Translations under genes and position numbers: made by a program
Shown: piece after piece, positions 1 through 10,358 of the stretch
Layout: the number at the start of each line of letters is the position of its first letter
Numbering within the stretch: position 1 is the stretch's first letter
Notes under the pieces: generated by a model
The model's input: the letters and a program-made list of their open reading frames with translations, nothing else
What the model was told of the DNA's origin: nothing
The model's database searches: none
From: Bacillota bacterium
GTDB taxonomy: Bacteria; Bacillota; Ch66
NCBI GenBank assembly: GCA_013178045.1
Contig: JABLXP010000001.1
Location: forward strand, 15,937-79,936
DNA: 64,000 bases
Direction of reading: 5' to 3'

Positions 1-1
1 G

Positions 2-730
2 GATATGTTGTTTCCCTCAACCGCTTGTCTGGTTCAAGAGCGATTAGCGGCCTGTCAGGCGGCGGCCTTTGATCTTGCCGCTGGCTGCAGCGGGTTTGTC
101 TACGCAGTATCGGTAGCGACCCAGTTTATTGCTACTGGGGTGTATAATACCATCCTGGTTGTCGGAGGAGAGACCCTCAGTCGGATCGTCAACTGGCAGG
201 ACCGGAATACGTGTGTCCTGTTTGGCGATGGCGCAGGGGCGGTTGTCTTGCGCCCTGTTGAAGCCGGACGGGGAGTGCTTTCCTTGCACCTGGGGGCCGA
301 TGGGCAAGGAGGGGGACTCTTAAAACAACCGGCCGGTGGTTCGCGCCTGCCAGCTTCGATTGAAACAGTTCAGGCGAATTTACACTACATTCACATGCAG
401 GGGACAGAGGTCTTTAAGCACGCGGTGCGGGCAATGGGTGATTCAGCGATAGTCTGCTTGAACAAGGCGGGAGTAACGGTGGCGGAAGTAGATTGGTGTA
501 TCCCGCATCAGGCCAACCAGCGCATTATTGACGCCACGGTCAAAAGGTTAGGGATTCCGCCAGAGCGGGTTTATGTTAATCTGGACCGCTATGGTAACGT
601 CTCCGCAGCTTCGATCCCGATCGCCCTGGATGAGGTGAACAGCCAGGGGTGGATTAAACCAGATGATTTGGTCTTGCTGGTGGCCTTTGGTGCCGGTTTA
701 ACCTGGGGGTCAGTACTGCTGCGTTGGTAA
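2..730 (+). CDS. fabH: 3-oxoacyl-ACP synthase III (KAS III), 5' end cut by window edge
   Basis: ORF 5..730 is open to the window start. It has HQANQRII and GNVSAASIP active-site motifs and an AFGAGLTWG C-terminus, and it heads the fab operon. Confidence 0.9.
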   Translation, partial: DMLFPSTACLVQERLAACQAAAFDLAAGCSGFVYAVSVATQFIATGVYNTILVVGGETLSRIVNWQDRNTCVLFGDGAGAVVLRPVEAGRGVLSLHLGADGQGGGLLKQPAGGSRLPASIETVQANLHYIHMQGTEVFKHAVRAMGDSAIVCLNKAGVTVAEVDWCIPHQANQRIIDATVKRLGIPPERVYVNLDRYGNVSAASIPIALDEVNSQGWIKPDDLVLLVAFGAGLTWGSVLLRW

Positions 731-779
731 GGTTATATTCTTTTGTGGGTTAGGCGAGGCATAAGGAGGATAAGGTAAA

Positions 780-1727
780 ATGTTAAAAACGGTTTTATGC
801 GACCTGGTAGGAATTCAGTACCCGATTTTTCAAGGAGGAATGGCCTGGGCGGCCACCGCGGAACTGGCGGCGGCGGTTTCCCAAGCCGGTGGACTGGGGA
901 TTATTGGTGCGGGACACGCTTCCGCGGATGTTGTTCGAAAGGAGATCAGGAAGGTTAAAGCAGTGACGAGTAAACCCTTCGGGGTTAATATAATGTATCT
1001 TTCACCCCACCTGGAAGCTGTAGTAGATGCTGTGATCGAGGAACGGGTCCCGGTGGTTACCACCGGGGCGGGAAATCCTGGCAAGCACATTCAACGGTTT
1101 AAAGAGGCCGGGATCAAGGTTTTTCCAGTTGTTTCTTCAGTAGCCCTAGCCAAACGGCTGGAAAGAATCGGGGTGGATGGGCTCATTGCGGAGGGCATGG
1201 AGTCCGGTGGCCACATTGGCGATATCACCACCATGGCCTTGGTCCCTCAAATTGTGGATGCCGTGCAGATCCCGGTGGTCGCGGCGGGGGGAATCGCTGA
1301 TGGTCGTGGGGTGGCGGCGGCGCTAGCTTTAGGAGCGGTTGGGGTCCAACTGGGTACCCGCTTTGTCTGCGCGACGGAGTGTATTGCGCACCCTAATTAT
1401 AAGCAGGCCATTATTAAAGCCAAAGACCGGGATACGGTTGTAACCGGGGCGGCGGGACACTACGTCCGGGCGATCCGCAATAAGCTGTCGAGGGAATACC
1501 TGGACCTGGCGGCTGCGGGAGCTTCGCTCGAAGAACTGCTCAAGTTAGGTGAAGGCAAATTGAGACAAGCGGTGATCGACGGAGATGTTGAATACGGCAC
1601 GGTGGCGGCCGGCCAGGTGGCGGCTCTGGTGACCAAGGTTCAGCCAGCGGCGGAGATTATTGCCGAGCTGGTTAACGGAGCCGAAGAGGTCATGCGGAGA
1701 CTGGAAGGATATATCGTTAAGAAATAA
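780..1727 (+). CDS. fabK: enoyl-ACP reductase II (FMN-dependent, nitronate monooxygenase fold)
   Basis: 315 aa with the N-terminal IQYPIFQGGMAWA motif and GGIADGRG FMN-binding loop. It sits between fabH and fabD, with an SD (AAGGAGG) upstream. Confidence 0.8.
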   Translation: MLKTVLCDLVGIQYPIFQGGMAWAATAELAAAVSQAGGLGIIGAGHASADVVRKEIRKVKAVTSKPFGVNIMYLSPHLEAVVDAVIEERVPVVTTGAGNPGKHIQRFKEAGIKVFPVVSSVALAKRLERIGVDGLIAEGMESGGHIGDITTMALVPQIVDAVQIPVVAAGGIADGRGVAAALALGAVGVQLGTRFVCATECIAHPNYKQAIIKAKDRDTVVTGAAGHYVRAIRNKLSREYLDLAAAGASLEELLKLGEGKLRQAVIDGDVEYGTVAAGQVAALVTKVQPAAEIIAELVNGAEEVMRRLEGYIVKK

Positions 1728-1761
1728 AATAATGATTTGCCGGAGGTGTCGAATTTACAGC

Positions 1762-2703
1762 GTGAGTAAAATTGCTTTTGTTTTTCCCGGACAGGGTTCC
1801 CAGTACCCCGGAATGGGTAAAGAACTGGCGGAATATTATCCAGTGGTCAGGGAGATATATCAGCAGGCTGATGCGACATTGGGCTACGCCCTATCCCAGC
1901 TGTGCTTTGCTGGGCCGGAAGATGAACTGCGCCAGACGGCCAACACCCAACCGGCCATTTTTACTACCAGTTACGCCTGCTGGCGGCTGCTGGATGAGGC
2001 GGGTGTTAAACCGGCAGTGATGGCGGGGCATAGCCTTGGTGAATACACAGCCCTTACGGCGGCGCAAGCTCTTGATTTTACGGCAGGGGTGGCCCTGGTG
2101 CGCAAGCGTGGGCAGTATATGCAGGAGGCGGTTCCGCCGGGCCAGGGAACGATGGCGGCGATTATGGGTCTGGAACGGGACCGAGTTGCTGATATCTGTG
2201 CTCAGGCCAGTTCAGTTGGGGTGGTAACGGTGGCCAACATCAACAGCCCTGGTCAAATCGTCATCGCGGGCACAACGGCCGCTGTTGAAGAGGCCGTCCG
2301 CCTGGCGAAATTGGCGGGGGCAAAGAAGGCGGTCACTTTACCGGTAAGCGGACCATTCCACTGCCCGTTAATGCACCCGGCGGCGGAGCGGCTTAAGTCC
2401 GATCTGGAACAGGCAGTAATTAGACCACCCCAGATCCCTGTGCTTGTGAATATAAACGCCGATTATGTTCAAACTAGTGATCAAATTCGCCAGGCTCTCG
2501 TCTGCCAGATGGAAGGGGCGGTGCAGTGGGAGGCCATTGTCCAGCGAATGGTTGCGGCGGGGGTTGAAGTCTTCGTTGAAGTTGGTCCGGGAAAGGTGTT
2601 AAGCGGATTGATCCGTAAGATCAGTCGGCAGGCCAAAGTCCTGAATGTTGAAGACAGGGCGTCCCTGGAAAATACTCTTGCATATTTAGGGGAGTGTGGC
2701 TAA
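1762..2703 (+). CDS. fabD: malonyl-CoA:ACP transacylase
   Basis: FVFPGQGSQ start motif and GHSLGEY active-site serine. I chose the GTG at 1762 inside ORF 1660..2703 because homologs begin at [12 protein letters not shown]. Confidence 0.9.
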   Translation: MSKIAFVFPGQGSQYPGMGKELAEYYPVVREIYQQADATLGYALSQLCFAGPEDELRQTANTQPAIFTTSYACWRLLDEAGVKPAVMAGHSLGEYTALTAAQALDFTAGVALVRKRGQYMQEAVPPGQGTMAAIMGLERDRVADICAQASSVGVVTVANINSPGQIVIAGTTAAVEEAVRLAKLAGAKKAVTLPVSGPFHCPLMHPAAERLKSDLEQAVIRPPQIPVLVNINADYVQTSDQIRQALVCQMEGAVQWEAIVQRMVAAGVEVFVEVGPGKVLSGLIRKISRQAKVLNVEDRASLENTLAYLGECG

Positions 2704-2704
2704 A

Positions 2705-3451
2705 ATGATTTTAGAAGCGCGGGTGGCCTTGATAACAGGCGCTTCACAAGGGATTGGGCGGGCAATCGCTCTTGAACTGGCGAAAGCCGGTGCCCGGGTA
2801 GTCGTGAACTATTACCCGACCGAACAAGCGGCTGCCGAAGAGGTAGTCGCGGAGATCCACGCTAATCAAGGTGAAGCGATGGCCTTCGGGGCTGATGTTA
2901 GTAAGAGTGAAGATGTCGAGACAATGATCAATGAGGTGGTCAAACGATTTGGTAGAATCGATATCCTGGTTAATAATGCGGGGATTACCAGGGATCAACT
3001 TTTATTGCGGATGAAAGAGGCTGACTGGGATGCGGTGTTGAACACCAATCTCAAGGGAGTTTTCAATTGCACCCGGGCGGTGGCCAGACCGATGATGAAG
3101 CAGCGGAGTGGGGTGATCGTGAATATTTCCTCCGTGGTTGGTCTCAAAGGGAATGCCGGCCAGGCCAACTATGCCGCAGCTAAGGCGGGCGTGATTGGGT
3201 TCACTAAATCGGTGGCGCAGGAACTGGGTTCGCGAGGAATCCGGGTCAACGCGGTGGCCCCAGGCTACATCATAACGGCGATGACAGAAAAGTTATCTGA
3301 TGAAGTCCGGACGGCCATGCTTCAGCAGATCCCGCTGCAACGGTTAGGTCATCCAGAGGATGTCGCGCGGGTGGTCTTATTTTTAGTCTCTGATGCGGCG
3401 GGATATATTACTGGGCAGGTCATAAACGTAGACGGTGGCATGGTTATGTAA
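2705..3451 (+). CDS. fabG: 3-oxoacyl-ACP reductase (SDR)
   Basis: [12 protein letters not shown] cofactor motif, NNAG, and YAAAKAG (YxxxK). The ATG at 2705 lies 11 nt after GGGGAG. Confidence 0.9.
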   Translation: MILEARVALITGASQGIGRAIALELAKAGARVVVNYYPTEQAAAEEVVAEIHANQGEAMAFGADVSKSEDVETMINEVVKRFGRIDILVNNAGITRDQLLLRMKEADWDAVLNTNLKGVFNCTRAVARPMMKQRSGVIVNISSVVGLKGNAGQANYAAAKAGVIGFTKSVAQELGSRGIRVNAVAPGYIITAMTEKLSDEVRTAMLQQIPLQRLGHPEDVARVVLFLVSDAAGYITGQVINVDGGMVM

Positions 3452-3477
3452 GAGCAGTGTTGGAAGGAGGTGATGAT

Positions 3478-3711
3478 GTGCAAATCTTTGAAAAAGTTAA
3501 GGCGATCATCGTTGAACAATTAGGTGTAGAAGAAGATGAAGTAACGATGGATACATCGTTTGAGGAACTGAATGCGGATTCCCTGGATATAGTAGAGCTA
3601 ATAATGGCATTAGAGGAAGAGTTTGATCTCGAGATTCCTGATGAAGAGGCAGAGAAGATCAAGACGGTGGGGCAAGCAGTAGAATACATAAAGAATGCAT
3701 TGGCAGAGTAG
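3478..3711 (+). CDS. acpP: acyl carrier protein
   Basis: 77 aa with the DSLD phosphopantetheine-attachment motif. The GTG at 3478 lies 7 nt after GGAAGGAGG. Confidence 0.9.
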   Translation: MQIFEKVKAIIVEQLGVEEDEVTMDTSFEELNADSLDIVELIMALEEEFDLEIPDEEAEKIKTVGQAVEYIKNALAE

Positions 3712-3783
3712 AGAAGTGGTCCCGTGGAATTGCCTACGGGACCCTCTTTAGATACCCGGGAAAACAATGGAGGATATAATAGT

Positions 3784-4731
3784 ATGAAATTACCTGCGTT
3801 AAATATCGGTAATCTGGTAGCGAGAATTCCGATCATCCAGGGAGGAATGGCTGTTCGTATTTCTACCTCTTCACTGGCGGCGGCAGTGGCTGAAGAAGGT
3901 GGAATTGGCTTGATTGCGGCGACCGGCATGGCCGCCGACGAATTGCGGCACGAAATCAGGCGGGCTCGTGAATTGACATCCGGCATTATTGGTATTAATG
4001 TCATGTTTGCTATTCGGGATTTTGCTTTGTTAGTTAAGACAGCCATCGAGGAAAAGATTGACCTGGTGGTGACAGGGGCTGGTTTTTCCCGGGATATCTA
4101 TGATTGGGGTAAACAAACGAAAACACCGATTGTTTCGATTGTTTCCTCGGCAAAGTTGGCTAAGTTGGCTGAGAAACTGGGTGCGGCGGCGGTCGTGGTG
4201 GAAGGCAAAGAAGCCGGTGGCCATCTAGGTACTGACCGTTCGATGAAGGAGATTGTGCCAGAGGTTAGGGAAGCAGTCAATATTCCAGTGATCGCTGCCG
4301 GTGGTATTATTGATGGGCAAGACATTGTTGAAGCTTTTCGCCTTGGGGCCAATGGAGTACAGATGGGGACTCGTTTTGCGGCAAGCGTAGAGTCCGGCGC
4401 TTCACTAGAGTTTAAACAATTATATCTCAACGCTAATGGTACGGTACTGATCAAAAGCCCAGTCGGGTTGCCAGGGCGGGCGATTATGAATAGTTTTGTC
4501 GAACGCATCCTGGGTGGTGATCTACCCAAGCCGACTAAATGTGATCATTGCCTAAAGCAATGTTCTTATACTTTCTGTATCTTGAAAGCACTTAATAATG
4601 CGCAGAAAGGTAATTTGCTTGAGGGGTTGGTCTTTTCAGGAGAGAACGTTCACCGGATTAAGGAAATTCTGTCGGTCAAAGAGATTTTTGCCCGACTTAA
4701 ACAAGAGATTAACAGTATTCTTGGAGAATGA
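3784..4731 (+). CDS. second nitronate-monooxygenase/FabK-like flavoprotein with Cys-rich C-terminal extension
   Basis: [13 protein letters not shown] and [10 protein letters not shown] motifs are parallel to fabK. The tail carries [14 protein letters not shown] chose the ATG at 3784 within ORF 3724..4731. Confidence 0.6.
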   Translation: MKLPALNIGNLVARIPIIQGGMAVRISTSSLAAAVAEEGGIGLIAATGMAADELRHEIRRARELTSGIIGINVMFAIRDFALLVKTAIEEKIDLVVTGAGFSRDIYDWGKQTKTPIVSIVSSAKLAKLAEKLGAAAVVVEGKEAGGHLGTDRSMKEIVPEVREAVNIPVIAAGGIIDGQDIVEAFRLGANGVQMGTRFAASVESGASLEFKQLYLNANGTVLIKSPVGLPGRAIMNSFVERILGGDLPKPTKCDHCLKQCSYTFCILKALNNAQKGNLLEGLVFSGENVHRIKEILSVKEIFARLKQEINSILGE

Positions 4732-4739
4732 GGTGCGAT

Positions 4740-5981
4740 ATGACAAATCGAGTGGTAATAACCGGGCTGGGAGTTGTCTCGCCGGTTGGGATCGGCAAAG
4801 ACCAGTACTGGGAAGCTCTGAGCCAGGGACGTTCCGGGATCGACCGGGTAACAGCCTTTAATGTCGACGACCTGCCGACCAAAATTGCCGGCGAGGTACG
4901 CGATTTCGATCCCAGTTTGTATTTGGATAAAAAAGAAGCTAAGCGCATGGACCGCTTTACCCAATTTGCGGTGGTGGCGGCGCAAATGGCGATTAACGAC
5001 GCCGGGTTGAATATGGCTGATGAGGACCCGTACCAGGTTGGCGTGATCCTGGGGTGCGGCATTGGCGGTATCGCCACAATAGAGGACCAGGCCAGAGTCT
5101 TGCGGGAGCGTGGCCCGGGCCGGATTAGTCCGTTCTTTGTGCCAATGATTATCAGCAATATGGCAGCCGGCCAGATCTCAATAAATCTTGGAGCCAAGGG
5201 GCCAAACACCACGATTGTGACCGCCTGTGCCTCTTCAACCAACAGTGTGGGTGAGGCCTTTAAATGGCTGCAGCGAGGTGGTGCCCAGGTGATGATCGCG
5301 GGCGGGACTGAGGCCTCAGTTACCCCGCTGGCTTTTTCCGGTTTTTGCGCCATGAAGGCGATGTCCACCAATAACGAGCACCCGACAAAGGCCTGCCGGC
5401 CGTTTGATCTCAAGCGTGATGGTTTTGTGATGGGGGAAGGAGCGGGCATCCTGATCCTGGAGACTTTAGAGCATGCGCAGAGACGTGGCGCGACTATTCT
5501 GGCGGAAGTAGTCGGGTACGGTGCTACGGCTGATGCTCACCATATCACGGCCCCAGCACCGGGTGGCGAAGGCGCGGCGATGGCGATGGCGCTGGCTTTG
5601 GCTGATGCTGGGCTTAAACCTGAAGAGGTTGATTATATTAATGCTCACGGTACAGGGACGGATTTAAATGACCGTTTTGAAACAGAAGCAATTAAGCGAG
5701 TTTTTGGTGAACATGCTTATAAAGTCGCGATTAGTTCAACCAAATCCATGACCGGTCACCTTCTAGGGGCAGCGGGGGCAGTTGAACTGATTGCTTCTGT
5801 CCTGGCCATCCAAAATAGACTGGTACCGCCAACAATCAACTACGAGACTCCGGACCCCGATTGCGATCTGGACTATGTTCCAAACACTGCCCGGGCGATG
5901 CCGGTGAAGGTAGCCATTTCAAATTCGTTTGGTTTTGGGGGACATAACGCCACGGTAGCGATCAAAAAATATGAGGCTTAA
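4740..5981 (+). CDS. fabF: 3-oxoacyl-ACP synthase II
   Basis: RVVITGLG N-terminus, ACASS active-site Cys, HGTGT and GHLLGAAG motifs. Confidence 0.9.
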   Translation: MTNRVVITGLGVVSPVGIGKDQYWEALSQGRSGIDRVTAFNVDDLPTKIAGEVRDFDPSLYLDKKEAKRMDRFTQFAVVAAQMAINDAGLNMADEDPYQVGVILGCGIGGIATIEDQARVLRERGPGRISPFFVPMIISNMAAGQISINLGAKGPNTTIVTACASSTNSVGEAFKWLQRGGAQVMIAGGTEASVTPLAFSGFCAMKAMSTNNEHPTKACRPFDLKRDGFVMGEGAGILILETLEHAQRRGATILAEVVGYGATADAHHITAPAPGGEGAAMAMALALADAGLKPEEVDYINAHGTGTDLNDRFETEAIKRVFGEHAYKVAISSTKSMTGHLLGAAGAVELIASVLAIQNRLVPPTINYETPDPDCDLDYVPNTARAMPVKVAISNSFGFGGHNATVAIKKYEA

Positions 5982-6005
5982 TGAAGATTACATTTAGATA
6001 ATATC

Positions 6006-6031
6006 ACAAAGCCCGTTAAATCGGGCTTTGT
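6006..6031 (+). terminator. hairpin after fabF (10-bp stem, no clear U-tract)
   Basis: acaaagcccg / ttaaat / cgggctttgt. Confidence 0.4.
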
Positions 6032-6055
6032 CACTCTGCTAAAGGTGAGAAAACA

Positions 6056-6793
6056 GTGGACCAAAAACGACTGCTTCAACTCCGTGAATTTCAAAAGACC
6101 TGTGGTTTATTAGATGCCCGGCCAACTCTACTGAATATTGCTCTGACCCACCCGTCCTATGCTTATGAGAACGCCCATTTGGGCTGGGAGCATAATCAGC
6201 GGCTGGAGTTTCTCGGGGATGCAGTGCTCGGTTTGGTCGTCGGCGCGTATCTTTACCTCACCTATCCACACAAGCCAGAAGGTGATTTAACCAAGATTAG
6301 AGCAGCAGTTGTCTGTGAACCAACTCTGGCCAAAGTCGGGCGAGAACTAGGGATCGGGAAATATCTGCTGTTGGGCCGGGGAGAAGAAATGAACGGAGGG
6401 CGCGAGCGGCCATCAATTCTGGCTGATGCGGTCGAGGCGGTCATCGGGGCCTTCTATCTATCGGTGGGGTTGGCGCCGGTCCAAGCATTTATTTTAGGTC
6501 ATCTGGAAAAAGATATTGCTAAAGTAGCGGAGGGCAATTACGGCGACTACAAAACTGCTTTGCAGGAGCTGGTGCAAAAACAAACAGATGAAACGGTAAA
6601 TTACCGGATTATTGATGAGTATGGCCCCGATCACGACAAACGGTTTGTCGCCGGCGTGGTATTTCGCCAGCAAGTGTTAGGCCAGGGTGTCGGACGAACC
6701 AAGAAAGAGGCTGAACAAAAAGCGGCACGGGCAGTTCTGGAACGGGAGGATCTGGTGTTGTGGTTACGTGCCCAGCCGAAGAACAATGAGTAA
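6056..6793 (+). CDS. rnc: ribonuclease III
   Basis: NQRLEFLGDAVLG signature and a C-terminal dsRBD (GRTKKEAEQKAA). Confidence 0.9.
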   Translation: MDQKRLLQLREFQKTCGLLDARPTLLNIALTHPSYAYENAHLGWEHNQRLEFLGDAVLGLVVGAYLYLTYPHKPEGDLTKIRAAVVCEPTLAKVGRELGIGKYLLLGRGEEMNGGRERPSILADAVEAVIGAFYLSVGLAPVQAFILGHLEKDIAKVAEGNYGDYKTALQELVQKQTDETVNYRIIDEYGPDHDKRFVAGVVFRQQVLGQGVGRTKKEAEQKAARAVLEREDLVLWLRAQPKNNE

Positions 6794-7886
6794 GCAGTAC
6801 TACATTATTCCGATTTTTGTGCCCCACCTGGGCTGCCCTCACGCCTGTGTTTTTTGCAACCAGCGCAAGATTACTGGCCAGACCACTTTGCCAACGCCGG
6901 CAGAGATAAAACAGACGATTTATTCATACCTGCAGACTATCCCAGTGAAAAGTAACAAGACGATTGAAGTGGCTTTCTACGGAGGGAGTTTTACCGCCCT
7001 ACCCGTGGAACAGCAGCTTGAATTGTTAGAGCCAGCTACTCAAGTCTGGCGAAGTGGTCAGATCGACGGGATCCGCATTTCGACCCGACCAGACTGCGTG
7101 AGCGGGGAACTGCTGGCCTTACTTCATCGCCAAGGAGTACTTACCGTAGAGTTAGGAGCGCAGTCATTAGACCCGTCAGTGCTGCTTGAGTCAAAAAGAG
7201 GACATACCCCGGCGGACATCATTCGCGCCAGTCAGTTGGTGCGGCAGGCTGGATGTCGGTTGGGTATTCAGATGATGATCGGATTACCTGGGGATACCCG
7301 AGATAAAATGTTAATGACTGTCCGGGGAGTAATCCGGCTGGCCGCCAATTTTGTCCGAATTTACCCTGCTTTGGTATTAAAAGATACGGTTCTTCATAAA
7401 CTTTACATGACCGGAAACTACCAGCCGCTGTCCTTGAGTGAGGCGGTAAACTGGTCTAAGGATGCGTTGATCTTGTTCAGCCAGATGGGGATCCCGGTCG
7501 TTCGGCTAGGACTCCAGCCAACAGAAACCTTGATGGCTGAGGGCGAGGTGGTTGCGGGTCCCTTTCATCCAGCTTTTGGCGAACTGGTGTATTCGGCGTT
7601 GGTCGGAGAACAGGCTGCGGAACTGCTTAGACGATGGTTAACTAAGCTTGATCCCAGACCGAGTGGGGTGGTTTTATTCACTCCGCCCCAGCAAGTTTCA
7701 CCGCTGGTCGGACATTACCGTGGAAATATTAAACGAATTCAAGCAGCTTGGGGACTCCAGGAGATCAAGATTGAACCATTAAAGGAGTTACCGGCTCTAG
7801 CGATCGGGGTAGCCGCAGCGGGACAAAAAATTCCGCACATGATTTTAACTAGAGAGGAATTTTTATCCAGTTATCGAATAAAATAA
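6786..7886 (+). CDS. radical SAM protein (ELP3/MiaB-like core, function unknown)
   Basis: CPHACVFCNQ CxxxCxxC cluster close to the N-terminus. The ATG at 6786 overlaps the rnc stop by 8 nt. Confidence 0.7.
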   Translation: MSKQYYIIPIFVPHLGCPHACVFCNQRKITGQTTLPTPAEIKQTIYSYLQTIPVKSNKTIEVAFYGGSFTALPVEQQLELLEPATQVWRSGQIDGIRISTRPDCVSGELLALLHRQGVLTVELGAQSLDPSVLLESKRGHTPADIIRASQLVRQAGCRLGIQMMIGLPGDTRDKMLMTVRGVIRLAANFVRIYPALVLKDTVLHKLYMTGNYQPLSLSEAVNWSKDALILFSQMGIPVVRLGLQPTETLMAEGEVVAGPFHPAFGELVYSALVGEQAAELLRRWLTKLDPRPSGVVLFTPPQQVSPLVGHYRGNIKRIQAAWGLQEIKIEPLKELPALAIGVAAAGQKIPHMILTREEFLSSYRIK

Positions 7887-7941
7887 TTTTATAAGGGAAG
7901 ATGTTGTACTACATTCAATTCAAGATAGGGAGGAATCACCT

Positions 7942-8202
7942 GTGGAAGTACTAAAGGTGTCAGCTCATTCCAACCCAAAGTCTGTAGCTGGGGCGCTTAC
8001 GGCGGTATTGCGAGAAAAAGGCCGGGCGGAGATCCAGGCCGTGGGAGCCGGCGCAGTTAATCAAGCCATTAAGGCCATAGCCATTACCCGGGGGTTTATC
8101 GCCCCGAACGGAATCGATCTGGTTACGATACCGGCGTTCGTGGAGATCGCGATTGACGGTGAAGAACGGACAGCCATTAAATTCATTGTTGAACCCCGTT
8201 GA
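7942..8202 (+). CDS. spoVS: stage V sporulation protein S
   Basis: 86 aa, and VSAHSNPKSVAGAL...AVGAGAVNQAIKAIAI is near-identical to the SpoVS family. Confidence 0.9.
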   Translation: MEVLKVSAHSNPKSVAGALTAVLREKGRAEIQAVGAGAVNQAIKAIAITRGFIAPNGIDLVTIPAFVEIAIDGEERTAIKFIVEPR

Positions 8203-8236
8203 TTCGGCCAGTAGACAAATATAATTAATTTCATTT

Positions 8237-8266
8237 AAACTGCCGTAAACAACAGCAGTTTTTTCT
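8237..8266 (+). terminator. intrinsic terminator after spoVS
   Basis: aaactgc / loop / gcagttt followed by a T-run. Confidence 0.6.
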
Positions 8267-8379
8267 TTGCAGACCCCGTGCCGCTGATGCGGCGCCAACA
8301 AGAAATGAAAATATTGCGCTACTGTTTGAGGTCAAGCGATGTGGGACGTGGCTAACGTTATTTAAGGTGGGAATTGAGC

Positions 8380-9345
8380 ATGAGGGATACAATACTGCAA
8401 TTAATGAGCCAGCGACAAGGAGAATACATTTCTGGTGAGGAACTAAGCCGCCGGCTGGGTGTTAGTCGGACCGCCGTCTGGAAGCATATTCAGGCCTTGC
8501 GGGAGGAAGGATATGTGATTGACTCGCAACCACGTTCAGGCTATCGATTGCTTGAAAGGCCGGATTTGTTGTTACCGGGTGAAGTCCAGGCGGGCTTGCA
8601 GACGCATGTCTTTGGCCGGCAGTTTCATCACTACGCTGAAGTGGGTTCAACCAATGATGTGGCCAGAGAACTGGCCAATGAGGGGGCGCCGGAAGGAACC
8701 GTCGTGGTGGCGGAAAAGCAAACCAGGGGGCGAGGGCGGCTGGGGCGGAACTGGTTTTCTCCGTCAGGTCAGGGAATCTGGTTTTCGGTTATCCTGCGGC
8801 CACCTCTGGCACCGTCGGAGGTAACCAAGATCACGCTGGTGGCCGCGGTGGCCGTGGCCAGAGCGCTGCGCGGCCTCACGGGGCTGGACGTTCGCATCAA
8901 GTGGCCGAATGACCTGCTGGTAGGTGGGAAAAAGCTGGTCGGGATCCTGACGCAGCTTAACGCCGAAGTGGAGAAGATCAACTACGTGGTGATCGGTATC
9001 GGTGTCAACGCTAATGTAGACATGACCGCGTTTCCCCCGGAAGTGCGCACCATCGCCACCTCGATCCGGGTTGAACTGGGTCAACCCTTCTCCAGGGTAA
9101 AGATACTGCAACGGATCCTGGAGGAACTGGAAACGGCTTATCAGAGTTTTATCCACGGCGGTTTTCCATCGCTGCTCCAGGAGTGGAAACAACTGTCTTA
9201 TACCCTGGGCCGGTGGGTCAAAGTCACCCAGCCGACGGAAGAGGTTGAGGGACTGGCGACTGATGTCGATGAGGACGGATGTTTGGTGTTGCGTTTGGCG
9301 GACGGCTCGTGCCGCCGGGTCATCGCGGGGGACGTTTCGTTTTAG
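8380..9345 (+). CDS. birA: bifunctional biotin-[acetyl-CoA-carboxylase] ligase / biotin operon repressor
   Basis: N-terminal winged HTH (GEELSRRLGVSRTAVWKHI), GRGRLGRNW biotin-binding loop, C-terminal SH3-like domain. Confidence 0.9.
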   Translation: MRDTILQLMSQRQGEYISGEELSRRLGVSRTAVWKHIQALREEGYVIDSQPRSGYRLLERPDLLLPGEVQAGLQTHVFGRQFHHYAEVGSTNDVARELANEGAPEGTVVVAEKQTRGRGRLGRNWFSPSGQGIWFSVILRPPLAPSEVTKITLVAAVAVARALRGLTGLDVRIKWPNDLLVGGKKLVGILTQLNAEVEKINYVVIGIGVNANVDMTAFPPEVRTIATSIRVELGQPFSRVKILQRILEELETAYQSFIHGGFPSLLQEWKQLSYTLGRWVKVTQPTEEVEGLATDVDEDGCLVLRLADGSCRRVIAGDVSF

Positions 9346-9386
9346 GTGTTGCGTTTAGAACGAAGGAGAAAAAGGACATGTTTTAC

Positions 9387-9415
9387 GGGCGGGGTTCCAT
9401 GAATCCCGCCCTTTA
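9387..9415 (+). terminator. hairpin plus short T-tract after birA
   Basis: gggcggg / loop / cccgccc followed by tttat. Confidence 0.5.
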
Positions 9416-9517
9416 TGCGATTGCCAGCGAGTGAGTGGCCAATTCCAAACAAGGGGCCGAATTCCTTATTCTCCAATTCTTTAATTCTTTACGGCCCCTC
9501 AAAAATCCTTTTTTGAG

Positions 9518-10358
9518 GTGGTCATGATGCTAAAAATTCAAGATAATCAAATAAACATTTGGGAGAGTATCCTTCCCGAGTCGGTAAAATCATTACCAGA
9601 TGAGTTGGCCAAAGTGGATAAAATGCTTGACGATCCCCGTTTTATGCAACCGTTTATAGAAAAATTCAATACCAAAAGAGGCAGGCCAACTCTGGCTATT
9701 GAAACCTTTTTGCGGTTAATGTATTTGAAACAGCGCTATAAACTGGGTTACGAAAGTCTGATGAAAGAAGTCGGTGACAGTATCACCTGTCGGCTGTTCT
9801 GCCGAATCGCCCTCGATGAGGAAATGCCAGATTCCTCAACGCTCATTAAGGCCCGTCAACGGTATGGAGATGAAGTAGTCGAACAACTGAACGAAATTTT
9901 AGTACTCAAACTGAAAGAAGACAAAATCCTTAAAACCCGCGAACTGCGGGTGGATACAACCGTAGTTGAATTCGACATCCATCATCCAACGGACGCTGTT
10001 CTATTACAGGATGGCGTTAAGGTGATTACCCGAATGGTCAGCAAGGTCTGCAAAGTTGCTTCCCATGCTGCTCAAAACTTTGTTGACCGAACTGGGGAAG
10101 TTAAACAAAATATTTTATCCATTGCCAAGTTATTGCGACGCCGGACCCAGGAGTCCTGGGAAGATCTTAATGCAATTACCCAACAAGTAACTGGGATTAC
10201 AGAAAAAGTTTGTAACGAAGCCCTTGATGTCATTAACCTGAAACGAAAAGTACGGTTTGAGTCGCAGCCGGTACAGGGGACTTATCGGCTCAAGGACCTG
10301 GGTTGGCTTCGGTATTTGGGCTTATAACCTAACAAGAGCGGCTCAAATTGCCAAGTAA
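9518..10358 (+). pseudogene. IS5/IS1182-superfamily transposase, internally deleted
   Basis: The N-terminal DUF772-type region (RGRPTLAIETFLRLMYLKQRYKLGYESL) and the first DDE segment (RVDTTVVEFDIHHPTD) are present. The ORF stops at 269 aa. The conserved extreme C-terminus (GFGIWAYNLTRAAQIAK*) reads in another frame and ends at 10358. Confidence 0.6.

Noticed and set aside
3444-4046. 200-aa ORF on the minus strand opposite acpP and the NMO gene. Similar long antisense ORFs occur at 4709-5449, 14998-15558 and 46734-47228.
   Set aside because: Each is fully nested antisense to a gene with strong motif support. The translations are low-complexity (Ser/Ala/Pro/Arg-rich), there is no SD or recognisable domain, and this is typical of shadow ORFs.
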